From Tubulanus polymorphus (lineage: Eukaryota > Animalia > Nemertea), in the NCBI RefSeq assembly GCF_964204645.1, contig NC_134026.1, positions 18,820,150 to 18,884,149 of the forward strand: a stretch of DNA of 64,000 nucleotides. The letters run 5' to 3'. Position numbers and translations under genes: made by a program. A model generated the notes under the pieces. It ran no database searches and was not told the origin of the DNA. It was given only the letters and a program-made list of their open reading frames with translations. Positions 1 through 21,777 of the stretch are shown here, in pieces. Position 1 is the first letter of the stretch, and each line of letters begins with the position of its first letter.

Positions 1-962
1 GTCATGAACTACAACTTTGCAAATGATCATGGTAACAAAATATGCCTAGGTACCAATCAAATAAGGAAATACTAAGTTATTCTACTATTCAACGCCCCCT
101 GGTGACCATATACAATAACTAATGTCCTTAAAACTGACCAAAATCATGGAAGATGTCATGAGCTACAACTTTGCAATAGATTGTGGTAACAAAAATATGC
201 ATAGGTACAAATATAATATAGAAATACTAAGTAATTGTATAATTCAATGCCCCATAATGGCCACATACAAAAACCAATGACCTTGAAACTCACCAAAATC
301 ATAGAACACATTATGGGCTACAACTTTCCAATTGAATATAGTAACACAATATGCTTAGGTATCAATTTAATGTGGAAAAACTTTTTCCCACCTATGAATG
401 AGTACTGATGACACCAAGATGGCCGCCAATTGCGTCATAATTGGCTGATCAAAAATACCTGGCTCAGGTATAAAACATCCCTTTCCAAAGAATACCCATC
501 ACAAATTGCAATGAGAAATGTCAAGCCAGTAGGAAGCTACAGGACCTAGAATTCTGGCCAAAATTGACATTTTTGGGCACTAAAAAGGTCATATGACGGC
601 CATCTTGAGTCAGATCGACCCAATTTTTCTTATGCTGATGGGCCCTTGGTAGATTCAAATATAAACTAAAGATCAAGGTAATTGATCAAAGCATCTTCAA
701 AATTTCCCTCGAAAACTTCGAAAATGTGTAAAAAGTGCTGATTTTGGCGAACAACAATGGCTGCCATCTTGAATCTGACAGGGCCAGTTTTTGGGCTGAA
801 CATGTGTCTAGGGTAGATACATGTATAAACCAAATATTAAGACATTAGCTTGAAGCGTCTTCAAAACTTCCCAAAATAACTGGATTCCGTCTACAGACGG
901 ACGGACAGACGAAAAGTGAACGCAATAGCCCGCTGGGACTAAAGTCCCAAGTACGCTAAAAA
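1..962 (-). mobile_element. Helentron-associated non-autonomous element (HINE/DINE-1-like), family A, truncated by the window edge
   Basis: ~154-bp tandem units (ATTCAAYGCCCC at ~87 and ~242), a unique core, a (GACG/GGAC)n microsatellite at ~893-912 and a terminal hairpin GGGACTAAAGTCCC near 935-948. Homologous to 30578-32136 and 16731-17999. The family assignment is inferred from this architecture. Confidence 0.75.
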
Positions 963-1789
963 CCAGTCTAAGCCCATCTTGATTCTTTAATTGAACTAAA
1001 AACTTCAGACAAGTCCTTAAACAGCAATTCATAGGGGGAAAAACAAGAAAAAAATTGCTTACGGTGTGAATCATAGTATTAATTGAGGACTCGGTGACAA
1101 ATTGGGATGTCAGACTAAAATCAGCTTACATCCCATAATAAAATTACCGTTTTTCCTGCGTTGTCGAGACCCAGAATCAATACATAATATTCTTCCTTCT
1201 TGAACATGTACTTCCAAAATCCAGACAACAGTGTGTACATCTGAAGAAAATCCAACAGCGACAATATCAAATCAGACATCATTACAGGTACCTACTGGAT
1301 ATGATGTCATAATCATACATGCGTATAGATCCCAGAGACGCACCCTTCCATTATTTTTCCAACCCGACAATTATACAAAAATTTTGGAAAAATATAGTAA
1401 ATACGCATTCAAAAATCAGGGGAAGGAACAGCCCAGCCAAGGAATCTTCACGGTTAAAGTTACCGAAAATACTCACAAAGTCCACATAGGCCTATAATCC
1501 ACAGGCACTTGAATATGGGCTGTGATGGATAAATATTCAATAATTCACCAGCGATATGTTATTCCTACTCTGATCATCTGCTATGTTTCATAATGAATTT
1601 ACCCATGATGCAACGCGCGCCCGTCGATTAACTCTACTATACAGAAAGGCAGGAAATGCTCCCATCTTAGAGTGCTCCCATCCCTTAGATCTACCCGTAA
1701 TATTGGACAGCCGAACACTGCCGACAATCGCAAAAGTTGGTTCTGATGTATCAACCTATATCCTGAAATATGATGAATGGCCATAATTC

Positions 1790-2402
1790 CAATACTAGAT
1801 GATTTTTAGACTGTCAAAAAATCTATGACACCCTGTATGATAGATACTGTTTAAGTGTCATGTTATGGATTAGGCCTATATCTGGCAACAAACATGATTT
1901 TTACATTCGCCAGAAAGTACGACCACCTAATGGTGTGACATGAGCGCTCAGTCGGAAATAACCAAATGCCTCTACGTCTATGGGATTGCTATAAGCTGTC
2001 CAAGTATTTGTGGGTGGATACATTTCAAGCATTACGGAGATATGGAGATGGACGAGGGACCGCCGGCGGGCATCTGGATCATGGGCAGGTGCATTATTCA
2101 TTTGAGTCTAAGATTGAGGACCGTAAGGTACATCATGGAACAAATTGTGGTGACACAGACTTCCACAATCCCATTGGCATTATCGCACCTTTTAGGCCTA
2201 CCCTACCTACGAGCGCACCAATCAATTAGAATAATGATATACGACACCACATACCAGAAATTCGTGACAATTGTGATCATCACAATATCCAGCTTCCTAA
2301 TAACAACAACAGCACAACAAAACTTAACAATTTCAACAAGTGCCTGTGGTCACTCAGTCAGCCAAAAAAGAAATAAAAATAAATTTGAATTGAATTGAAT
2401 TG
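1790..2402 (+). mobile_element. Highly decayed non-LTR retrotransposon 3' relic
   Basis: Weak RT-like FLDCQKIYD near 1803-1830. Ends in AATAAA plus a (TTGAA)n tail at 2372-2402, the same tail type as the LINE ending at 5270. Confidence 0.35.
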
Positions 2403-2839
2403 TCCACATTACTTCTGCTGGGTATACGTCGCTATTAGTAAGTCGATACAAATACCTTTTTGCCGGTAGCATGATCAAGTTGATTTCGATCATAAATCAT
2501 GTTAAAAAGCAATAATTTATCTCGTAATTACCTTCCCGGCTATATAATAAATCTGATTAAAATAAAAATATATCTAAAGCGGATGGCTCCGTTCAGAACA
2601 TGGCCAATGTCCGCCGGAATGTAATATTCACCGTTGAGGCAAATAGGAATCGCTCCGGATTGTGCGGCCCGCAGTGCGGTCTATGGAAGCCTAGTTCTTC
2701 GGAGAACAATCGCAATTACTGAAAAGTAAGACTAATGTGTATTAAAATTGTAATGTGTATTATAAATTTACCAAAGTCGATGAAAGTCTATCATTCATAT
2801 TCACGGCAATCCAAGCTTTCAATGCTTACCTCACTAAAA

Positions 2840-5270
2840 GGCAGACCCCATGACTATTGGAATATATCAAAGAGTTAAAGAACGATGGAGGGAAAACAAT
2901 GAATAAAAATGATATCTGTGATCCGGAAATATTTATTGACCATTTCAAGTCTATAAATTTAGCAAAGGCAAACTCACTAAACCGAGCAGACCTGGGGGGT
3001 TTACCAAATGATTTACCTACTTTTACTGAATTGGACATTCTTATCACGGAAAGAGAAATCTCGGAAGCTCTATCAGCCCTGAAGAACAACAAGTCACCAG
3101 GGCCTGATGGATTAACCAACGAAATTTTCAAAGTACGGGAAAGACTATCTTGTCAAGCCCCTTTCAAAATTATTTAACTACGTTTATTCTAGCGGCTTCT
3201 ATCCAGATTCATGGGCTGAAGGTCTGATTGCTCCTCTCTATAAAAAGGGCGATAAATCATTGCCCGATAACTATAGGGGAATTACCTTAAGCAGTTGTCT
3301 CGGTAAAGTGTTTTGTCATATCCTGAATGTCAGACTAACAAAGCACTTGAAATCATAAACAATTTGATTGTACCTCAGCAGATTGGTTTCATGCCTAAAT
3401 GTAGGACCACAGATCATATGTTCACACTAAAGAGACTTGTCGATAAGAAATTATCCTCATCCAATAAACTCTATACCTGTTTCATTGATTTCCGAAAAGC
3501 ATTTGACTCAGTCTGGCACCAGGGTCTAATATACAAATTGAAACAATTAGAATTAGGAATCTTAGGAATCACTTCATTCGCATCATTGAAAGTATGCATC
3601 GGAATATCACCTGTAGAGTGAAACTTAACAAGTACCAAACATACAGCAAATTCAGCTCAAATATTGGGTTACAACAAGGAAACACTCTGAGTCCGATGCT
3701 TTTCAACATTTTTATTAACGATATTATGTCTATATTCGATGAGTTTTGTGACCCAGTTCCACTGGGCGACATACTGATAAATTATCTATTATATGCCGAC
3801 GATCTTGTATTAATGTCGAATTCTAAACATGGTCTTCAAAACTGCCTTGACAAAATTGCAGAATACTGTCAAAAATGGAATTTAGAAATAAACATTGAAA
3901 AGAGTAAGGCAATAATTTTTAATAAGAAAGGCCATATACCAATTAACACACATTTTTATATAAATGGAATTAATGTTGAATTAGTAAAAGAGTACAAATA
4001 TCTAGGACTTATATTTACAGCATCAGGGTGTTTTAACAAAGCTAGAGAAGATCTATTCAAATCGGCTAACCGAGCCATGTTCAGTATTCAAAAAATGATT
4101 GGTATTCAAGATTGTCCACCCAATGTATCGTTAAAGCTGTTTGACACTTTGGTAGCACCCATCCTACTATATGGTTGTGAGATTTGGTAACCAAAAACGA
4201 GCACTGCTAAGAAAATATTCAAAAACAAGGGTACATTCCCAATTGAGGAAGTAATGGAAAAGGATGACCTACTCAATAAATTAACTGTCAAATTCTGCAA
4301 ATTCATATTGCATGTAAACAAAAAAACTACCAATTTAGCAGTACTCGGTGAATTAGGAAGACTACCGATTTATATAGATGCATTTTCCCGTATAATTAAC
4401 TTTTATAAACTCATGTGTACAAATGTAAATAGTATTGTAAATATAACGGTGAAAGATTTGAGTTCTATGAAAAACCAGACAAATGACTGGACTATTTTCC
4501 TAAAAGCCATTCTGTCTGCTACAAATAGTCTCAACCTGTTAGAAGTTGGCCAGACCTATCAGCATATTAAAAGGTTCAAACACATACTCCAAGAGCGATA
4601 TAAAATATTCTGGAAAACAAAAATTCAAAGCTTTAACAAACTTGACTCATATAAGATCTTCAAAACAGAATTCAGTTTGGAACCCTATTTACTACTGAAC
4701 ATTCCAATTTCCTCTAAGACAGCTCTAACCAAATTAAGACTCAGTGCACACAAACTTATGATTGAGAAAGGGCGCTACCTAGGTATTCCTAGGGAAGAAC
4801 GCTTATGTAGCAGATGCGGAGTAGTAGAAGATGAGTTCTACTTTGTAATGGAGTGTGCAAAATTTGATAATTTAAGAACAGATCTGTTGAATAAATTTTA
4901 TAATCAATATCCTAGCATGTCGAATGTAAATGATAAAGTCAAATTTGTAACTATAATGTCCTCTATAGAAATGGCCAAATATTTAGGGAAATACATCGAG
5001 AAAGGATCTAACTAATGAAAAAAAAAAACAATCTGAAATCTGAGTGTTACGTCGCAGTATCCATTAATTAAACTATCACTGATTCACTTACTGAAAACCT
5101 GTCTACATCGTGTATATATGTATATTAAACTGTTATTGTTTTTGTTATCTCTATCTTTAAAATGTTATATTTTATCCCCCTGTCTTTATTGTACTTAATC
5201 TTATAATGTTTAACTACGTTACGGAACAATAAAGAATTAATTGAATTGAATTAATTGAATTGAATTGAAT
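2840..5270 (+). mobile_element. 5'-truncated, frameshifted LINE (RTE-X-like) ORF2: reverse transcriptase plus C-terminal Cys-rich domain
   Basis: Consecutive frames give KSPGPDG, PLYKKGDK..DNYRGITLSSCLGKVF, QIGF, FIDFRKAFDSV, GLQQGNTLSPMLF, LLYADD, YKYLG, LGELGRLP, LRLSAHKLMIEKGRY and RLCSRC..EDEFYFVMEC. At least 3 frameshifts and a stop at ~4188. 3' end is AATAAA (5228) plus (AATTG)n. No APE endonuclease seen. The clade call is inference. Confidence 0.92.
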
Positions 5271-5992
5271 CGTAGCACCAATTTTCTTAAATGGTCATGG
5301 ATTGCCGGCGGCGGCGATGGCCGGGTTTATCGGAACGTGGGTTCAGTCGAAAGATTTTGAATTCATGTATGAATATGCTTTTCAAATTAAATGTGCATCC
5401 AGTTGAGACTGTATTGCCTTTCTGACAAATTGTATTGTTTCTTGCGATATTGTCCGGTGTCGACATGGGCAATTTATGGTTTGAGTCCCTGGACACGGCG
5501 CGGATGAGTTGAGAGGCCGTGCAGAGGGTAAATTAGTGAGATTATGCAAATTTTGTGTTTAGCCAATGGCCGAATCCATTACAAAAAAAACAGTCCATAT
5601 AGCCCTTAATTATTTAGAAAATATGACAGACTTATTTCACGAAAAAGATCGAGATTCTCCTTTCGCATGGGGAATAAAATATCATCTTGGTGACATCGTG
5701 TACGGTAGATCGTTGGGATTGCCTTCACACCAAATTATATTTATCCTTTTCCGACCTAGTTCGCAAATGTACTGCTAAGCAATACAATCATGAACAGAAG
5801 CAAGCCGAATGCTTGATGAGTTTCTTTTTGGTAGCGATAAAAAATCCACAGTATCAATCAAATGTTTGGAACTACGAATATATACGGTTGATCGGTACAC
5901 ATGATATTTTGTTTTCAAAGAAGCATGGATTGGTCGCCGAAAAAGGGAGTATCCACGGGCACACTTTGACAAAGAAAATTAAAAGGGCATAA

Positions 5993-6212
5993 GGCCAAAA
6001 AAACTTGATACCTTGTTTCTCCACTCTGCTGAGCTTAAATGTTGACCCGGCCGGCCGCCTATCTACCCTATACATTACTTTTTTTAAAATCGTGATCAAT
6101 TTCACCATAACAGACCCGGCCGCTATAGAAATGAACTGTTTATAAATTTTATCATATTTTACAAAAATGACCCGGCCGCTGCGGAGAAACAAGGTATCAT
6201 TTGTGTTTAGCC
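5993..6212. mobile_element. MITE, PIF/Harbinger-like
   Basis: Imperfect TIRs GGCCAAAAAAACTTGATACCTTGTTTCTCC / GGAGAAACAAGGTATCATTTGTGTTTAGCC, flanked by TAA on both sides. Confidence 0.7.
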
Positions 6213-6990
6213 TAAGTACTGGAAAGAAAATTATAGCCGTGGATCCAAAATAAGGGTCTGGAAAACTTTAGTGCATTTTCATACAATTTCTAGGCACTGA
6301 GGGGCAAAGAGTATAAGCTAAATGTTACGCTGTATACTGCTGTCTTATTAGTTGCCGGTGGAAAAAGTGCCCTGAAAAAATTGTCATTGCACCGATCAAA
6401 AGGGCATGGGAAAATTGCAACGTGAGCACGTGCTCCTTGCGTTCCCTTTTGGATCTGCCCTGCCGCAATGACAGAGAAACCAAGCACATTGAATTGGGGG
6501 TAAATTCTGAATAGAAATGCATTTTCGATGCTGTAATGCAAAAAGCCGATCATCGAAATTTTAGGATTAATATTTTTAAGAACTTTTATCATAACAACAA
6601 AATACTACTTTCAAAAAGTTACTTTCCGGTAAATTTCAATACATATTCTTCTCACTACGTCAACGAAAAGTGCGTTTTGTGCGTTTCACTGTTCCGGGTT
6701 TCTATTTCAGAACAACATCGAGATAGTTCACACAAGCTTCAGTTTGAGAGTTTCCGACGTCGTGGCCGAAGACATTTCTAACGTTACTTATCTATCAAAC
6801 GATAAAGCGACCACTGTTGTGTAGTTGATAAGATGAATTAAGAAATGCTGTTCCAGTCCGTGAAATAAATCTTAACAAAAAGTCTACGATCCTCATTTTA
6901 ACAAAAATGTCTATAGGGTAGCACCCAAGCTCATCACAAATAAACACACTAAAAGTAGACCTTTCTAATCTTAGTAGATATTTGAAGAAT

Positions 6991-7303
6991 TGTAAGTGAT
7001 AGGAAATAAACGTTGGAAGATTCTTCTCCAGTGAACAGTGTGCTTTATTCTTCTCTCCAGTTTCGTCTTCTGGTGTCTCGGTGTCTCTGATCTCTCTCTT
7101 AGATTTCGGGGACCCTCCTTATATTAGCCACTCGCCAGACTGCCACGTCAGCGAGCGTATTTTGTTTAATTCTTGTTATGGCAACCCGAAACTAAGGTTG
7201 TATTGAGTTAAATATAATTCTAAATAAATATAATTCAAATACGGGTTCAACCATAATTCAACGACGATAGGGTTCAAACACCGTTTTAAATGCTGCTGTT
7301 ACA
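6991..7303 (-). mobile_element. Probable solo LTR
   Basis: TGTAA...TTACA termini. On the minus strand a TATA-like motif (~7118-7126) precedes a purine-rich tract and AATAAA (~7043). No TSD recognisable. Confidence 0.4.
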
Positions 7304-9039
7304 CTTTTTCTTTAATAGAATCTTATTGATTGATTTCCCAATATAAATATTATCATTTATTTCCTAATATAAGTGTACAAGTTTAAGTACATGTATGGTC
7401 TCAAATTCCCAAATTTTGCAGCCTTGGGAAGACTTAAAAAGCCACAACAGAACTTTATAAAAAATCTATGAGGTTAACAAGAAAAAGAAATGCTGCTACG
7501 AATTTTGTGCTTTTTCTTATTATAGAAAAAAAATATCGTAATGCACAAAATCGTCCTAGTGTCGCATCTGGACCAGTTCGGTTGAGAACTACTCAGGATT
7601 AAGGTCTTTGGAAGGTTCGAATTGAATAAAATCTTAAATCGTGTGACCCGCGCAACCGGTTATACACCCGCAAAATACAGAATCGTTGAAAGCTGATCAA
7701 ACCGTATAACATTTTGGTAACATGTGCCGCGATTATATTAAGAAGAATCCCATTGTTCTTGGCAATCTACCCCACCACAGCCTTCAGTCTAATAGCTTTA
7801 CATTTCCTTTTGATTATCATATCACTCTGCCGTAATGCCACAGCTGTGGTTATCTCCCGCGTTGGTCGGCATAGACTTCGCTGCTGCTGACAGGTCGCTT
7901 TGGTGGTCGTTGTCTTGCTACTGCTAACGACAGGTGCTTGAGAGCATATAGCTAAAAAAAATAACGTAACTTCAAAGTGGCCTTAGAGATTAGAGCCGGG
8001 CCAAGCGTTTAGTGGTAGCATATCGTAGAGAATTTGACGGTAAGTGAATTACATTTTATCCAATCATTAATTTCAGTATTTCAAAGACAATACAATATTC
8101 AATTTCTTGTTCCTATATATTTTCTAAGAGTTTTAAACATACCTTAAAAAACTATTCCAATCTGATTTCCACATTCAAAAATTGTCTACGTGGCAAGATT
8201 TCAACTGTACGGATGTTGTATATTTCGATGAAAATATCTAAAGGAAGTTGGTATCAAGCCAGCTGCGCGTTCTTTCGTACGATCTTTTGATGCCTTCGTT
8301 AATTACTTGGGCTTTTGATGTTTGTTGGCGATTAAGAAATTTTACAGTTACGCTTGTAGACAATTTATTTTCACGAAACCTTCCATGTAAAAACGTATTT
8401 CGTTTGAAATGCCGCAGGCTTATATGGATGGAAGCCTCGGCAGAGAGAATTATTATTATTATATCGATACAGAGGATGGAATTGATTAATTAACCACGTC
8501 ATTATTAATATATCGTTTAGAATATATTATGTATTATATATCGGTATTGTATCGAAACTTGAAATCGATTATTGTCTTTATCTTTATAATCGCGACCTTA
8601 CACTTCACTCGGCGCCGGGTCATTTGAACTCTATTCTACTGACGCTGGCCATTGTCTACAAAATGAAATCCTCAAGTCACTCAATCTATTGATTATTTTG
8701 TTTATCTTTCTATTGATCTTTTAAATGAAGGGAGAGTATATGTGCTAAATTATCTGGGCTCGGGTTCTGAGCCTGGCCAGACTCTCCTCTCCAAGACCAC
8801 GTTCTTTCCTAAGTATCGCGTATAAATGATATGCACTTGTTTTGACGATTCGCGATTAACACTAACGCAAGATTTTGCATTTCATCTAAATCACATAATA
8901 ACAAACGGAGAATTTCTTTAGTAATTTCCCGTTTGAAACGGTTCATGTCAAAGTGTTTTTTTTTCTGCCACATGGTATCAAAAACACCGTCTGAAATCTA
9001 TGAAAACGGTTTTTTAGTTTTTTTTCCTTTAGCAAAAAA

Positions 9040-9300
9040 CAAATCTACTAAACCTTTAAGTGTAAATATACGATCCAATTCAAGAACCCATGGTTTTCCA
9101 TAAATCCTGCCTGGTTTTCAGAAAGTAGATTTTTAGTCGAAGACGGATTATTCCGCATGGTGATCAGCTTGCCGAGACAACTAAACATGGGTTTTTTTCT
9201 GGGTCGCTGGTTGCCCTTTCCTTTATAGGAATTAAAGTTCCTACTGACCAACTACCGGGATAAAACTTGTATCAAGCACACTGTTGAACACTTATCATAC
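9040..9300 (-). mobile_element. LINE RT fragment
   Basis: Minus-strand peptide SCLGKL...NLLSENQAGF matches the pre-RT motifs seen in the 2840-5270 LINE. Confidence 0.55.
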
Positions 9301-9807
9301 ATGGTAAAATAAACCCTTGGGCTGTTTTCAATATTTCGTTGGTAATTTCATCTTTACCTGGATACTTATTAGTTTTGCAAAGAATTGATCCTTTTCAGAT
9401 TTCATCTGATGATGTAAAATGCCGATTTAGCGCATTATCTGATATATTATATAAATATATATGTGATGGTGATTGATATTGCACCTCTCACAAATATGCA
9501 TAGAAATTAGTGATTCCATGGACATTGCAATGCCTAGCATACATGCTTCGAAAGCAAAAATGAAAAGAGTGGCATATACAGACTGTAGACTTGAATATGT
9601 CTCAGGTCATATAACATTTAGAGTGGCATGATCATGATCCGTCATGACCAAAAGGTCAAATTAAAGCATGCATTGACTGTCATTTATTAGAATGCGATAA
9701 TATTGGAGATCTTTTGTTCTGCTTGTGCACAGTTCTAAATTGGATGATTTTGGTGTATAGGCGCAAGCAAACATGTAATTTTACGTTCGCGCAAGAGACA
9801 AACACCT

Positions 9808-9906
9808 TGGCCAGGTTTTATATACTGGCATTAACTTTAAGGTTAACTGAATTTGAAATGAAGTTAGCCCCCCGGGTAATGCCAGTTTTATAAACACTGA
9901 CCCCTG
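9808..9906. mobile_element. Short palindromic MITE relic, related to 21662-21777
   Basis: Inverted arms GGCCAGGTTTTATATACTGGCATTA...TAATGCCAGTTTTATAAACACTGACCCCTG. Confidence 0.5.
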
Positions 9907-10118
9907 TTCCACGATATTAAATCGCCACACTTCATGTAGACGCCTGTTACGTTCCCCGCATGTGCGGTGGGTTTGTAAGTTGTCATCATGGACACCAACG
10001 AATTATGAGGGAAAATCATCCGTTTTTCAAGATCAAAATAATTCGTGTACCGACGACGTTGTCGTACAGTCGACGTTGTCGTTGTATAGAGATCTGTAGA
10101 CGACAATGAGATTTTGAG

Positions 10119-11364
10119 ATTCAAAATCCATAGAAGCAAAAACGGTACAAGTCTCATTTTCTTATGAGTAATATATATTTATTATAGCGAACGTAGCGAA
10201 TAGTTACATTATCCCCTCTTCAGGCATAGCACAAGTGATTAAATTTTAATGTCATACTGGTATTTATAAATCAATAAGACGAAGCTAATTGCTGAGTGAA
10301 GATATTTGACTAGTCGAGTAAAATCCCACAATAAAAGAATTAGATGACCTACTAGATAACCTACTAATTGTGAATCCTACCTACTACGAAGGGTGGTTGG
10401 TAGTAACCACCCGAAATATCTCTTATATGTTTTAATAAACATTTTATCATCTAATTCTTTTATTGCGGGATTTTACTCGTTTCGTTTTATCACGGATATT
10501 GTGATCTACCATTGATTCATATTTGACTAGTAGTTAATTATTCAAAAACATTGAGAATGAATCCTGACCGGTGTTCGAATAGTTGTTGATTAAGGGAGGG
10601 CTGTTGAGTTTTGATAAAAAGTGCTTCTCTAATTTTGCGATCTAAATCAGAAGATCCTTTATCTAAAATTTTGAAATTCTTTTCGCTAAACAGTCACGGC
10701 AATTTGACAGATGTTGGCCAATTGCTGAAGTCTTAAGTTTGTGCGCCCTGACTCTTGTTGCTAGGTGTCTTTTTGTTTTACCTATATAGGCAGTGTTTAT
10801 ATCACATAAACAAGCGTACTTGTAAACAATCATAGCTTTCAAGGATTTAGGAGTCGGACATTCAAGTGAAAAGAAATTCTTAATCTTAGTGGCTACGAAC
10901 GAGCATTGAAGTTCTATTTACGAATTCGATTTGAACAGTTCCTTTAACATTTTCTGAAACATCTAATCGTAGATTAGATGTTTCATATTTTCAACGATGT
11001 ACTGAGCTACGGGTGTGTCCAAAGGCCCTACTATTTAAACCCTTGAAGCTGAATGAATACAGAAGATTAGACAACATAAAACTCGGGATTCTGAAAAACC
11101 AAATTGGAAACTTATGGAAAGACCTCTTTTCAACCGAAAGGAAACTCAAAAAATTGAAATCCGAAATCTGTGGGAAGTTAACTTGGATCCAAATTATAGT
11201 ATGGCTAACTGGACTGAATCCACTGGGCAAAAGAGTGTCATATGACACACAAAAACGGCATGAAAACAAACTTCTCAACTTATGGAAACAGCAGCGCTAT
11301 CCTGCATATATTACTCATTAGAAAATGAGATTTGTACTGTTTTTTGCTTCTATGGATTTTGAAT
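10119..11364 (-). mobile_element. Penelope-like retroelement relic with GIY-YIG endonuclease and inverted terminal segments
   Basis: Minus strand ~10960-10538 encodes MIVYKYACLCDINTAYIGKTKRHLATRVRAH...SAIGQHL...FKILDK...IREALFIKTQQPSLNQQ (GIY-YIG, frameshifted). Plus strand ~10975-11320 encodes LDVSYFQRCTELRVCPKALLFKP, resembling a PLE N-terminus in inverted orientation. ~58-bp inverted repeats at 10119-10176 and 11306-11364. Confidence 0.85.
10381..10430 (+). ncRNA. Degenerate hammerhead-ribozyme-like motif in a Penelope pLTR fragment
   Basis: CTACGAA, then an 8-bp stem GGGTGGTT-GGTAGT-AACCACCC, then GAAA. The core lacks the G of CUGANGA, so it is probably inactive. Confidence 0.45.
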
Positions 11365-11660
11365 TATCTAGACTCTCTACCTAAGATCTACTTATAGATT
11401 TTGAGATGTCTATGTCCGGGCGCGTTTGTGGTCACGCTCTCATTGGTAATTGTTAACGTTACACGCTTTTCCAAACTGCGCACGGGTCTTAAAGCGCACG
11501 TCTGTAGAGGTAATGCTCGGACGTCATATAAACTTGGACGTCAAATAACGGTATACTGTGAATTTTGTTCTATGTTTAAGTGTTGATTTCTATTAAGACG
11601 ATATCCCTATATATATTCTAACATTATTTCAGGTAGTCAACTAGCTAAGACTTTTTGAAG

Positions 11661-20106
<8,446 letters not shown>

Positions 20107-20970
20107 ATATCGTAGCCTATTCAACGCAAATGGCAAACAGACTAGCCTACGTAGCAAACAATTTTTAAATTTCTAGCATGTTACCGGAACAATCTTAGAT
20201 TATAGTCGTGCTTTCCTAATCGTAGACAGAAAAAACAATATATTCATGAATTTTCGGCTAACATATTTTACCGTCTGCGCTAGGATTTGAACATGACAAT
20301 CCGTGAGTCTGTGACCCGTTTCACGACCAGCGCGCATAGCCATCAACAGGTATCACCATTATCCACGAAATTGCGTTTCATTTAGTTCGTAATTTTAACA
20401 GATAAGGTGTCAAGACAATTAACGTGATTATGATGGCGATGCATGCAAGAAATGCAGCTGATCTAATGTCCAGATTTCGTACCGTGGCTAAGTCCCGAAT
20501 CTGCAACGACGATCGAATGTGGTGTGATTTACAATTATGGCGACAATTTTAACCGATGATATAAAAGAAGCTACTTAATCATAACCCTCAGAAGTGCCTT
20601 ACAACAGAGATTCAAGCGGGTATATTATCTAAAAGGTCCACTATCTTCCATTTTATATTTGTTAATGTTTTCAAATTCGGCTTGTTTAACCGCTCTATAT
20701 TCTCCATTTAATTCTTAGACTTTTTTATTTATCTATTGTTTTAATATGTGTTTTGGTCATCATGTACAAACAGCATATTTTGCTTTAAACCTTTCCTGTA
20801 ATGTATTTCGTGTTGATGTTTTAGAAGGAAATATAAAACGATTTTATCGAAAGTAGATCGTGCTTGAGCTGTTTGGTCGGTATCATCTGACTCTGTTGGA
20901 AATAAGCTGATCGTTGGTGTTTAAGTCAGCCTCGACGCAGTTCAAATGTCGGAATGAAAATATGCAATAT

Positions 20971-21151
20971 TATGGTGGCTGACAAAGGAAACGCAAAAGC
21001 GGATAGTTTCGTTTTTGCTCCATGACTTTTTGCGCCCTAGCAAAAACGAACTTTTCGTTTTTGCTACCGCACAAAAACGAAATATTATAGAGCAAAAACG
21101 AACATATTCGTTTTTGCTCTGTGATTTTTTTCGTTTTTGTCAGCCACCATA
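20971..21151. mobile_element. MITE with TATGGTGGCTGACAAA termini
   Basis: 16-bp perfect TIR and internal GCAAAAACGAA/TTCGTTTTTGC repeats. Termini resemble those of 27425-27872. Confidence 0.7.
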
Positions 21152-21661
21152 CCATATATCCATGAAATAAGTTATCTAGTTGACATGCAGCAGCCTCTGT
21201 TCCTATACCCGACATACTGACGAATTCCAGTCGACAGTGACTTGAGTTTTTAAGGCCATCGCGCACTTTCCGTACACCAGACTGATGCATTCAACGGATC
21301 AGGTAAGTACACTGAAAATAGGCTGATTTTTTAAGGCGTCAGAACAACTGGCAAAGCAGTCGGACTTTAACCGTCACCAGGGTCGGATAAAGGGGGTGGT
21401 CTTTTGGGTATGGATCCTTGCCTTCTCATTGAGATTACCCTTTTCGTCAAGCCAGAGATCGTGAAAACCTATATCTGACAATAATCTTCTGAACTTGGAT
21501 CTCTTCAAGACACTGAGGAGGAGACCCAACCATGTGGTCATTTACGTGGCTGCTTTATCCGAGAGCCTTGTCTTTTCCTCTGGACCCAGCCTTACAGTTG
21601 TCCTAGATCCACCCCTGCGTCTAGCGCTGTGACATACTGATTATCACGGATTGTATGTTAT

Positions 21662-21777
21662 CCTGGGCCCGGTTTTATAGACTGGTATTACCTTTAACCA
21701 GGGGGCTTACTCAATTGATTTGAATTGAGTTAGCCCCCAGGTTAAAGGTTATACCATTCTATAAAACCAGTCCCTGG
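21662..21777. mobile_element. Fold-back MITE (Harbinger-like)
   Basis: Near-palindrome GGGCCCGGTTTTATAGACTGGTATTACCTTTAACC...GGTTAAAGGTTATACCATTCTATAAAACCAGTCCC with CTG on both flanks. Confidence 0.65.

Noticed and set aside
1940-2398. 152-aa ORF
   Set aside because: No motif; lies within a decayed LINE-like relic.
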